DNA of 63,946 nucleotides, counting the filler, from Octopus bimaculoides (Eukaryota): the NCBI RefSeq assembly GCF_001194135.2. It is 5 parts of 3 records of this genome, joined end to end, with 100 filler letters (N's around TTAATTAATTAA, not from the genome) between each part and the next. Parts side by side here need not be neighbours in the genome. Positions count along the whole stretch, not along the records: positions 1 to 30,487 come from NC_068987.1; 4 more parts are not named here. One strand, 5' to 3'. Positions 1 through 11,035 of this stretch are shown here, in pieces. The translations under genes were made by a program, and so were the position numbers. Under the pieces are notes generated by a model, which worked only from the letters and a program-made list of their open reading frames with translations, made no database searches and had not been told where the DNA came from. Every line of letters begins with the position of its first letter. Positions within the stretch are counted from its first letter, which is position 1.

Positions 1-71
1 TGTGGCTGGGTGTAGAAGTCGGGTCACTGGATCGTGTGAATTATCTGAATCCGCACCCACCCAACCTGTCA

Positions 72-520
72 CAAAAAACTGAAAAAAAAAAAAAAGAAGT
101 GTACTAGGTGTAAAATAACAGTAAACGAATATGAAGAAGACAAATTGCGCCGACGAACGGGGAAGTGGCGAGAGGACTCGGAACACTCCCGATATGAATT
201 TTCCGAGTTGTCTCCCCGCCTCCCGTTCGCCAGCGCGCATTTTTTTCATATTCGTTTACTACATGTTGTTTTACACCAATTACATTTTTTTTTTCAGTTT
301 TTTTTGCTCGGGTCAAACACTAGAAGTTAATCATATAAATACCTTTCAAAAGGCATTGATTCCGATTATAAAGAAATCGCCCTTAACTTTTTCCCATAGT
401 GAAACCATATTCAACATCGGATCTTGTGAATTTTCCGAAAGTTCTCTCCCCACCACCCGGTTCGTTGGCGCAAATTTTTGTTTTTATATTCGTTTAATAC
501 ACATTTTTTTTGTTTTGCTT
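72..520. repeat. Imperfect palindrome (arms ~72-183 and ~201-306) plus a third direct copy of the right arm (~433-520)
   Basis: CAAAAAACTGAAAA...GGTGTAAAA...AGTAAACGAATATGAA...CGAACGGG...ACTCGGAA is mirrored by TTCCGAGT...CCCGTTCG...TTCATATTCGTTTACT...TTTTACACC...TTTTCAGTTTTTTTG. TTCCGAAAG...GGTTCGTTGGCGC...TATTCGTTTAATAC recurs near 433. Confidence 0.8.
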
Positions 521-829
521 TTGTAGCCGGGTGTTAAAGTAATAATTTACCAATAAAATTAGTACCAGTTAAGTACTAGATTAATCTAGTTATTTATTCC
601 CAATCCCAAAAGTTGGCTTGTGTCAATGTAAGAAGTCACTCCTTTAAGATTTGAGGAGCCAAAATGTAAAAAATTAAATTTTTGGACAAAAAATTATTTT
701 AAGAGAAGGAAAGAACCACCCAGTTCCATGCCCTTTTCCTTCTCTATTGAGGTAGTAATAGCTATGCCGAAAGTCCGCAGATCAGAGAATACAAGCCTCT
801 CAGAAGACGAATTTTTTAATCTATTACAT

Positions 830-1698
830 ATATCTCATGTGACGAGTGTAATTTAAAAAAAAAGTTCTGTGATTAGCTTTGATGAAATAAGTATGAGCAA
901 TATACTATTATTTATGTTTCTCTGTCACCGATTTGTAACTAATTGCAAGAAATCGTCGATAGTTCAAATTCTATTAAGGTTGAATCCTTCCGAATTCAAT
1001 TCCATTGAACTTGGAATACCGTTCCCAAGTACTTTGCGTATAAGAGATAATTTACACTGCTTCATCATCATAAATGGGATCTTCAATTTAGTTTGTGTGA
1101 CATAAAGAATTAATTCTTTTACGTAATTTGGATGGCGTAGAATACAATCAAGTTTTTTTTTTCTAGTATTGAATATGTTTTAAAAAAGGATATTGTGCAT
1201 GAGTGTAGGCAACCATTCTCATTGAACTAATACGCTTTAAACAGCCATTGCATGTGACAGCACTGATATTATAATTATAAAAATGTAACCTCACAAGTTG
1301 ACATTAAAATCAAATTTTACTTTGCCGCAATTCTATCTTCTAATGTCCCGCGCTTTGCATAACTAATAAGTAAACAACCAATTGTTATTCGGTTTAGGCG
1401 TACAGGTTGTTTTGGTAATTAACCAATGAGAAGAATGCTTTCACCGTGTTTAGGCGTGTTTTTGTGTTGACTATTACATTATACGAGTCGAGTGTACTTA
1501 GACACATCAAGTAGTTTCTTCCAACAGCCACATATACAGCATATGATAGCCACATATGTTTTCACGATGGAGGCTGTGTTGTTTTAAAACGGTAGCAAGC
1601 TTGCTAAAATGATGTATTAGAATTTATTGTGTGTCTCACTACGTCTGTCTGTCACCACGGATTACGTTAATACGGTGGCCAACGGTATATCTGGCCTA
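830..1698 (+). promoter_or_regulatory. Probable promoter/5'UTR region of the WIPI2-like gene
   Basis: CpG-retaining sequence just upstream of the ATG. CCAAT at 1378-1382 and 1423-1427 (AACCAATGA), FOXO-type GTAAACAA at 1370-1377, CATGTGAC E-boxes at 836-843 and 1251-1258. TSS not determinable. Confidence 0.55.
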
Positions 1699-1769
1699 AT
1701 GAATTTAGCAACGCATAGCACTGACCAGCTGTGTGACTTGTTGTTTGTTAACTTCAACCAAGACTGCTC
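1699..1769 (+). CDS. WIPI2: WIPI2/ATG18-family PROPPIN, coding exon 1 (MNLATHSTDQLCDLLFVNFNQDC, phase 2)
   Basis: MNLA...LLFVNFNQDC matches the WIPI1/2 N-terminus (human WIPI2 MNLASQ...LLFANFNQDNT). A canonical donor TC|GTAAGT follows at 1770. Not in the ORF track because it is too short. Confidence 0.92.
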
Positions 1770-3224
1770 GTAAGTCCATTTTCGATATCGTTTTTTTCTT
1801 TCATTTAGTTTGGAAGAGCTTATTCTTTCTCTTCTCCATCGATCTTTTGTTATTGTTTTCATGTATTTTTCTTCTTAAACATAGGACATACGAATGACTA
1901 TTACCAATTTGTTTTTTTTAAATTATTGTCAATTTGGTTAAAAAAAGAAACGATAACAAGAATGTTAATTTTATTAATGTTAATCTACAACTACAGCTTC
2001 CATCGATTGTTTCGCTTACGTCCTTTCGTATAAACACAAGAGTAAACGTGAGTCTAAATTACTCCATTCTGTTTGTTTCCTTTTCTTTCTAAACAAAAAC
2101 ATCCATCTATTGCAGAGTACCTTCCTACATATTGATGAGAAGAAGATATATATATATATATATCAGTATGTTTAGTTATATTAAGAGTTTTGTTAATATT
2201 CAGTTAGTCTTTGAGAATAAGCTTCTATTAATAGTAAGGAAAGCAATGATAGCTACTATTTAAATTAAAATAACTAGTTAATTAGTCTTCTCTCTGGTCA
2301 TCAAATACATTAATACATAATGAAAAAATATCTTTGATTTAAAATTCCCAACGATTGACGAAATGTCAGTTTTTCAAACAACAGCAGCAATGATATACAA
2401 ACAAAGACAAAGCTGTCGTTTTTGAGGAATTTGTTCCAAATATTCGTCGCACGTAATCAGTGAAATTGTTTTTATTTTGGACCATTACGTAAGAAGTGTT
2501 GTTTGTGTTGCCAACTAAAAAAGGACGACTTTCGAATGGTGATGTTATACGTGGTTGGTTAAAGATAATAGGTGATAATAAAAATCAATTTGATTTAATA
2601 CAGCTGCAGGTATATTTTGATGATATCTTAAATTCAACAAATCTTTTCACTACCTCACACATACATATCTATGTAAATATATGTATATGAAATGTAAGGC
2701 GTACCTTTTATATAAACACACAATTTTAGATGTGAAAAGTAACTGTAGTTTATAACACAAGCATTATATTTCCGTGGGCAGAAAGAGCGAGGGCGATCTG
2801 GCTGGTGGTCTAGTACTTGTAGACCTTTATTAGAGACAAGATAGTCATCTACTTTATGTACAGTCATATAAGGTTTATAACTATATATAATATATACATA
2901 CTTCAACTCGACTAAATTGATCATTCTCATTTGCGTAACAGTCTACATGCTGACAACGTGGATTAATTAATTCAAACTGTACTACACAATTTTTATTTTT
3001 TCTTGATAATTTTCAAATGAAAGGTAGTCGTTTAAAAAAAAAAAAAAATTAAACATTGTTTGTCTTTTGGTGGTGGTGATGGTTGGTTGCTTCTCTACGG
3101 ATACAAGGTTAACGTTTCTCTGAAGAAGGTCTATGAACACACAAAACGTGTCAGATCGACCTCACTTTTCCCTGTCAACGGAGGGAATAAAACGTATGTC
3201 GTGTACAGTTTACTTTTCTATTCT

Positions 3225-3505
3225 ATGTGCGTATGTATACATAAAAATATATGTATATATAGGTATATATAAGCGTGTATATATGTATATATATATATAT
3301 CTATATGTGTGTATATATGTATATCTATATCTATATGTGTGTGTATATATATATATATATCTATGTGTATATGTATATATATCTATGTGTATATATATAT
3401 ATGTGTGCGTGTGTGTGTATGTATACCTATATGTGTATATGTATATATATCTATATGTGTATATGTATATATATATATCTATATGTATATATGTGTGTAT
3501 GTATT
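3225..3505. repeat. Complex (TA/TG/TC) microsatellite; similar tracts at ~4480-5180 and ~6070-6690
   Basis: Runs of TATATATCTATATGTGTATATG-type units; these produce the YIYI/VCVC pseudo-ORFs. Confidence 0.95.
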
Positions 3506-3507
3506 TA

Positions 3508-3900
3508 CTCTCTACTCTATTACTTGTTTCAGTCATTTGACTGTGGCCATGCTGGAGCACCGCCTTTAGTCACGCAAATCGACCCCAGGACTTATTCTTT
3601 GGAAGCCTAGTACTTATTCTATCGGTTTCTTTTGCCGAACCGCTAGGTTACGGGGACGTAAACACACCAGTATCGGTTGTCAAGCGATGTTGGGGGGACA
3701 AACACAGACACACACACACACACACATATATGTACATATATACGACAGGCTTCTTTCAGTTTCCGCCTATTAAATCCACTCACAAGGCTTTGGTCGGCCC
3801 ATGGCTATAGTAGAAGACACTTGCCCAAGGTGCCACGCAGTGGGAATGAACCCGGAACCATGTGGTTGGTAAGCAAGCTACTTACCACACAGCCACTCCT
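3508..3900 (-). mobile_element. tRNA-derived SINE, family A, full length
   Basis: Minus strand reads GGAGTGGCTGTGTGGTAAG (A box), GGTTCATTCCC (B box), GGCACCTTGGGCAAGTGTCTT, an internal (TG/TA)n tract and the tail GCTCCAGCATGGCCACAGTCAAATGACTGAAACAAGTA. Many copies in the window. Confidence 0.9.
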
Positions 3901-3930
3901 GTGTATTTGTATATATATCTATATGTGTAT

Positions 3931-4346
3931 TTGATATAAAAGAATAATAATAAATGGAGCAAAACGCATATAATCAATAAGTTCCTTTAATTCCTACACA
4001 TGTTTCAAAAATTATATGCATTCTATTCCAAAGGAATAAGAGATGCTGTTTTATACATATAATTTTATCTTCAGGGGACCATTTTACAAATGCAAGACGT
4101 GCTGAATGCTAAGATTATGTACGAGGGATAACACTACATTATGTTATCCCTCGTACATAATCTTAACATTTAGCACAAGTCTTGCATTTGTAAAATGGTC
4201 CCTTGAAGATAAAATTATTTGTATAAACCAGCATCTCTTATTCCTTTGGAGTAGAGTGCATATAATGTTTGACGCATGTGTAGGAATTAAAGGAACTTAT
4301 TGATTATATGCGTTTTGCTCCATTTATTATTATTCTTTTATATCAA
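3931..4346. repeat. 416-bp near-perfect palindrome (arms 3931-4133 and 4142-4346, 8-nt loop), probable inverted Penelope-type terminal repeat
   Basis: TTGATATAAAAGAATAATAATAAATGGAGC...TACGAGGGATAACA, loop CTACATTA, then TGTTATCCCTCGTA...GCTCCATTTATTATTATTCTTTTATATCAA. The palindrome is seen directly; the PLE origin is inferred. Confidence 0.9.
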
Positions 4347-4624
4347 CTCAAAATAGTCACTTTAACATGGAATTTCCATCCCTTAACCAGGTATAATATC
4401 CCAGTTTCTGTGAGATTTTTGCTAACCTGGTAACTATTAACATATTTGCATTATGGAAGTTTTTCAACCAAGATAATATTAATATATACATAAATAAAAA
4501 TGTATATATGTGTATTTGTACATATATCTATATTCATATATGTATATAGATATAGATATATATATATATATGTGTGTGTATATGTATGTATATCTATATG
4601 TGTACATGTATGTATATCTATATG

Positions 4625-4655
<31 letters not shown>

Positions 4656-4674
4656 GTATGTATATCTATATGTG

Positions 4675-4711
<37 letters not shown>

Positions 4712-4862
4712 GTATGTACATCTATGTGTATATGTATATGTATATATATATATATATGTGTGTGTGTGTATATATATCTATATGTGTATATGTATATATA
4801 TGTATCTATATATAGATGTGTATATATCTATATGTGTATATGTATATATATATCTATATATA

Positions 4863-4916
<54 letters not shown>

Positions 4917-4928
4917 NNNNNNNNNNNN

Positions 4929-4976
<48 letters not shown>

Positions 4977-5185
4977 TGTGTGTGTGTGTGTATGTATATA
5001 TATTGCTATATATATATATATGTGTGTATATATATCTATATATCTATATGTGTATATCTATATGTGTATATATATGTCTATATATATCTATATGTGTATA
5101 TATATGTCTATATATATCTATATGTGTATATGTATATATATTTATATATATATATGTGTATATATATATATATTTATATTTATGG

Positions 5186-5720
5186 GTTTCAGCCAAGTGG
5201 CTGCGGTCATGCTGGAGCACCACCGTGATTTTCCGTCTTTATGCTGTGCTCTCTTCACGTTCCTTGCATGGCTCTTCTCCCCCACCTGATATGGTCCAAT
5301 CAAGAGTTTTGATGGCACATCTGGTGTATAAGAGAATTTGATATCGCTGCCCTAAACTGCGTCTTATTTCGAGCCATTGGTTCGTCTGGTATCGTGGAGA
5401 GGAAAGCGTTGAGTTTTGTCTTGAAGACCTCCGCATCCATGTCTTGCAGGTCTCTCAAATGTTTTGGCAGGGCATTGAAGAGCTGAGGTCCTCTGAAACC
5501 TAGGCTGCTGCAGTATCTCGTTCTTATGTGAGATGCAGTGGACGACACCTTTGGCACCATGCAGTGGCGAGCTGTGCGGGCATTCCTGTAGTACTTGATG
5601 CCAAAGTTTGGCACCAGTCCTTCCAGTATTTTCCATATGTATATTATTACATATCTCTCCCGCCTGCGCTCCAGGGAGTAGAGACCTAGTGCCTTCAGTC
5701 GCTCCCTGTAGTTCATCTGT
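5186..5720 (-). mobile_element. 5'-truncated CR1/L2-group LINE: ORF2 C-terminus and 3' end
   Basis: ORF 5300-5716: YRERLKALGLYSLERRRERYVIIYIWKILEG...GPQLFNALPKHLRD...FKTKLNAFLSTIPDEP, typical of the CR1-group post-RT region. Confidence 0.85.
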
Positions 5721-5865
5721 TGGACTGTGGCGATCTTTTTTGTATATATATGTATATGTCTATATATAAATGTGTGTATATTTCATTTTATTTTTCATTT
5801 TATGTAGTTTCAGCTCATGAGCTGTGGCCATGCTGGGGCATATATCTATATATTTATCATCATCA

Positions 5866-6075
5866 TCATCATCATTTACGTCCACTTTCCATGCTAGCAT
5901 GGGTTGGACTATTTAACTGGGGACTGGCAAACATGATGGCTACACCAGATTCCAATCTGATCTGACAGAGTTTCTAAAGCTGGATGCCCTTCCTAACGTC
6001 AACCTCTCCGAGAGTGTAGGGGGTGCATTTTATGTGCCACCGGCACGAGGGCCATTCCAGTGATACTGGCAACAT
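5866..6075 (-). mobile_element. RTE-type 3'UTR/tail fragment with (TGA)n tail; related copies at ~17935-18600, ~18810-18930, ~20750-20985 (+) and ~24130-24360 (+)
   Basis: Shares CATCATCAT...TTTCCATGCT...CTGGATGCCCTTCCTAAC...GTGCCACCGGC with the 3'UTR of the RTE at 6695-7890. Confidence 0.75.
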
Positions 6076-6137
6076 ACATATGTATATATATCTATATGAA
6101 CATGTATACGTATATATATCTATATTTATATGTATAC

Positions 6138-6178
<41 letters not shown>

Positions 6179-6694
6179 NNNNNNNNNNTGTATATGTATA
6201 TATATCTATATGTACATGTATATGTATATATATCTATATGTACATGTATATGTATATATATCTATATGTACATGTATATGTATATATATCTATATGTACA
6301 TGTATATGTATATATATCTATATGTATGTGTATACGTATATATATCTATATGTATTTGTTTATATATATATATCTATATGTATTTGTTTATATATATATA
6401 TATCTATATGTATGTGTATATATATACATTTATATATATATATGTGTATATATATATACATATATATATATANNNNNNNNNNNNNNNNNNNNNNNNNNNN
6501 NNNNNNNNNNNNNNNNNNNNNNNNNNNNNNNNNNNNNNNNNNNNNNNNNNNNNNNNNNNNNNNNNNNNNNNNATATATGTGTATGTATATATATATATAT
6601 GTGTATGTATGTATATATGTATATGTATTTATGTATATATGTATATGCATGTGTATATGTATATATATGTGTGTATATATGTATGTATATGTAT

Positions 6695-7890
6695 TATCAT
6701 CATCATCGTTTAATATCTGTTCTCCTTGCTGGCATGTGTTCGACGGTTTGACTGGGGTCTGGCAAGCAAGGAGGCCCCATGAGGCTCCAATCTGATTTGG
6801 CAATGTTTCTACAGCTGGATGCCTTTCCTAACACCAAGCACTTCAAGAGTGTAGTGGGTGCTGTTTATGTGCCACCGGCGTGGGAGCCATTCAGGCCCCA
6901 CTGACATTGGCCACATTCGGATGGTGCTTTTTATGTGCCACTGGTACAGGAACCATTTGGGCTTGGTGTGGTGGTGGCATTAACCACGTTCAAATGGTGC
7001 TCTTTACTTGCCACTAGCACGGAGTGCCAGTCAGCCAGCACTAGCATGGGCAAAATCTACAATTTTCGTTAGATTGTGATTTGATCTTTGATTTTGATTT
7101 TACTTGACTCAAGTTGTTCTCAAGCAAGGCATGTTGCCTGACGATTCAAAAGTCCTTTTTAAATGGGCTGCCTATGCGACACTGACATAGGCTATGTCTT
7201 TGATCTCACTTTGCTTGTTGGATCTTCTCAGTCATAGCACATCTCTAGAGGTCTCGGTCTTTCATGATTGCCTCATGAGGCCCAATGTTCGAAGGTCATG
7301 CTTCACCACCTCATCCCAGGTCTTCCTGGGTCTCCCTCTTCCACGGGTTCCTTCCACTGTTAGGGAGTGACACTTCTTCACCCAGCTCTCCTTATCCATA
7401 CGCAGCACATGAGCATACCAGCTCAATTTTCTCTGTTGCACACTACATCTGATGCTTCTTATGTCCAACATTTCTCTCAGGGCACTTACACTCTGCCGTG
7501 TGTGCACACTGACATTACACATCCAGCAGATCATACTAGCTTCATTTCTTTCGAGCTTATGTATGTCTTCAGCAGTCATGGCCCATGTTTCACTGCCGTG
7601 TAGCATGGCAGTTCGCACACATACATCATAGTCTACCTTTCACTCTGAATGAGAGGCCTTTTGTCACCAGTAGAGGTAGAAGCTTTCTGAACTTTGCCCA
7701 GGCTAATCTTATTGTAGTGGCAATGCTCTCCGAGCATCCACTCCCACTACAGACTTGGTGACCTAGGTAGCGGAAGCTATCAACTACTTCTAGTTTCTCC
7801 CCCCTGGCATGTGATGGAATCTGTTTTCTGAGCATCTTTGGTGTTTATTGCCCCTGTGCATCTGCCACACACAAAAGAATGGTAGCAGAG
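6695..7890 (-). mobile_element. RTE-clade LINE, 3' portion (RT end, C-terminus, 3'UTR), frameshifted
   Basis: EKLEVVDSFRYLG...RLAWAKFRKLLPLL; RTAMLHGSETW...KLSWYAHVLRMDKESWVKK...GRGRPRKTWDEVVKHDL; (TGA)n tail near 6695. Confidence 0.9.
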
Positions 7891-8640
7891 GTGTTATTGA
7901 ATGTTGATATGTTCGTGTCTTTTTCCCTGGGATGTGTACTATATCAGGACTTTAATGCATAGGATATATGCAGGATTGCACCTCAAGACTTTGCTCATGG
8001 ATCTACACAGGATTGCATCTAAGGTCTCATACTCTGGTTTCTATAACTTCGGAAAGTTGGACTATGAACTTTTATGCTTTTTCTTCTCTCTTTCCATTTC
8101 CTTATTCTTTTACTCCCTCTGTGTTGTCATCTTGATAACCAAGCCATCAACCATGCGGCTGGCATTACAAGATTTCAGATTGGGACACCATACTTTCATC
8201 CAGGTATTCCTTGGGATAATGATGCCTCCTTGCATTTGTATGTCAGTATTGTTTAATTTAATGGAGGTCAGTGAGTTGGCATCACTGACCCCAACATTGA
8301 ACACCTGTTTTCTACTGTCTCAGCATTGACCTCGTGCATTTTAGAAAACCAACAGACAGACTGAAATGGTTCTTACTGGTATAACATACTCACATAGTAT
8401 GGATATAGCTAAAAATCTGACATGTTACCTTTGACAATTCTTTTAACGTACCATTATTATTACTTGTAGGAGCCAATATAGACTTATAAATCATTTCAAA
8501 CTGCTGGATATGACTAAAACAACCTGCATTTCCTGAAAATGCATGTGCTCAAGTATTTTAGAGCAATGTGCAGAATTTAGTCGAGCATTAATTATTTGTA
8601 TAAGGTCATCTTCAGCAGATTGCTCTCCTGTCCCTGATTT

Positions 8641-8891
8641 AAGAGGGCAAGCGTTAGGAAATGTGGGGCCTAATTAGAGAATTGTCAGTGGGGCCCTCTA
8701 CTCTACAAGAGCTGAAGATTGATATGTTATGCTTCATAAGTATGCCAGTTTCAGCCTAAAAACATCGAGGGCTTCAGGCTCCATCATTAGCCACAATAAT
8801 ATACTAAAAATTCATCATAGCGTTCTCCACTTGAGCTTGGTGTGGGGCCCAATTTTAACAAATCTGTCTAATTAGCTTAAAACCAGCCCTG
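8641..8891. mobile_element. Possible hAT-type MITE, followed by a degenerate hAT dimerization-like stretch (~9050-9180)
   Basis: Right end AAAACCAGCCCTG, internal GGGGCCC motifs, and a downstream ESFSTMKK resembling ERSFSxMKR. The left end is degenerate. Confidence 0.4.
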
Positions 8892-10829
8892 CACATAAAC
8901 ATGCAGCTTCTCCCAATTTTTCATATCAATGCATTGGTTCCAATGACATCTACTTCAGAGCCAGCAAATATGTCCTTTCAGTAAACAACTAGTTGCTTCT
9001 TTCAGTTTCTTTTATGCCTGTGAAGTTCATCTCCAAGTCTTTTTGGTATACCATTTACGTCGTCAATTAGAGGAAGAAAGTTTCTCTACAATGAAAAAGA
9101 CAGCTATGTTACACAGTCTTCATCTCGTAACTATCAGAGTGGCTCACATGACAGTCATGCAAAACATATGCAACACTACTGTTATAAAACATGATGCAAA
9201 AAAAAAGTTATATTTGAAAAATTGAAATTGTGTGAAAAATTTTTTTTTTTTAAACTCATCTCCGTATTTTATTTTCTGTCTATAATATTGTCCAGTATTT
9301 CCTTAATATTACAAGTCGTTGAAGGAGCATGGGGCGAGGGAGATTTGGCTGTTGTTTCTAGCATGCCGAGGGGACATATTGAGGCTTCTCTCATGTCGTC
9401 TGCTGGTTGTTGGTGAGCTTGCATACACGCATGCGCTTATGAAATAGACAAGTTTAAAAACTTCCGGAAGGTTACTGTCGTTGTTGAAAAATATGAAATC
9501 TACTCTCTCACAAAGGAATAAAACTCGAAAGCATAAAAAAGTTAAAAACAAAAAGTTATAAAGCTAAAACAAAACAAACGGGCTATACTATTCTGAAATG
9601 TTTTTGTTGTCTTTTTTTTATGCAAAATCATAGTCTCCGTTGAAAACATTTAGAGTCCTAAGAAAATCTTTTGGGGAAAAGAAAAGAGTAGGTGACTGCA
9701 ACAGCTCTCTCTCTCTCTCTCTCTCTGCCTTCCCCCTTCTCTCTCTCTCTCTGTGCCTTCCCCCTTCTCTCTCACTCTGCTTTCCTCTTTCTCTGTCTGT
9801 GCCTGCCCCCCCTCTTCTCTATATCGCATATTTATTAATTAACCTTATCACTATAACGCTATCAGTGGATATAGTTTACAGCGTTGAAACAGTAATTCCA
9901 TATATATTAAATTATGAAGTCTAAAAAAAAAAAAAAAAATTGTTGTTATTTATTTATGTATAAACTGAAAGGAATCATTAATCATTCGTTTGTGTTCATT
10001 TCGTTGGATTTTCTCATTCCTATTTAATAACTGGTACTGTTTCGATTTCAGGAATCGGACATCTTCGCTACAACTATCCATTAACTTACTGACATAGAAA
10101 ATAAATTTTACTTCTGTAGAGAAATGCAAATATTAATTTTCTTTTTTTTTTTTTCATATATTCTTCTAACAGGCAGCAAGGTAGAATGTATTAAGCATTA
10201 CTGGTTCTCATTTTACATTCGTTTTTTCTTGCTCGCACCCTTGCTGCTATAGCATACATACGAACCAAGTCACATCAGTGTCGTTTCGATATTTTTTCAT
10301 GGTTCACGTCGACCTCAAAACTCACCGTTCCCTCTTCCATCATCCTACACCTCAACCTTCCATGTTCATCTGTTGACATCATGGAGTTGGGTACAGTTAT
10401 CTCCCCTGATTTACTAAATAATGACGTCACCGAAGCCACTTTGGAATCTTCAATTAGAAACGAACAAATCGATTATTACTTTTAATAAACTTATAACGTT
10501 GAAAAGGAAAGAAGAAAAATTAGTGAGAGGAGGGAGTGTGGACAATGTCAACGACTTTTGGCAGGCATTAATGCCATTGTTTTTCGATATTCATCTTAGA
10601 CATTTTGTGGGTCGATCTTGAAAAGTAAAGCGTGGCGAGAGGGAATGTCACAGGGTTGCAATCTTGGGAGAGAAAGACTGGACAAAGTGTTTAATGTAGG
10701 ATCTGAGTAAAGAGTTACGGTTATGATAACGGAAGAAAGGAAGAGAGACGGGTGGGTTTAGGTAGAGGCGATATGCAGTAAGCTCTTTCAGGTGAGTAAG
10801 ATATAAAAAACGATAACAATATGCCATAC

Positions 10830-11035
10830 ATACTCAGTATTGATTAATAAACACTGACACAATGCTCACACATGTAGCAGTTGATTAAATAGACCACGAC
10901 TGGTACTTATTTTATCGTACCACGAAAGATGAAAGGCAAAAGTCAACTCGAACGAGCTTTGAACTGAGAATGTTAAGTGACGTGATTAAATACCGCTAGA
11001 TATTTTGTCCGGAATTAACTGGTTCTGCTGCCCAC
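10830..11035 (-). mobile_element. tRNA-derived SINE, family B
   Basis: CTGGTACTTATTTTATCG...GAAAGATGAAAGGCAAAAGTCAACTC...TTTGAACTGAGAA is the reverse complement of the family seen at 26165, 46575 and 55510. Confidence 0.8.

Noticed and set aside
3133-6803. Many long ORFs rich in Y/I/V/C/M
   Set aside because: Translations of (TA/TG)n microsatellites, which lack stop codons; not genes.
7901-8329. 142-aa hydrophobic ORF as a membrane protein
   Set aside because: No homology or splice support; it abuts an RTE fragment and is probably degenerate repeat sequence.
9060-9105. Minus-strand IVEKLSSSN resembling WIPI exon 3 IVERLFSSS
   Set aside because: Wrong strand and position, immediate stop, no flanking similarity.
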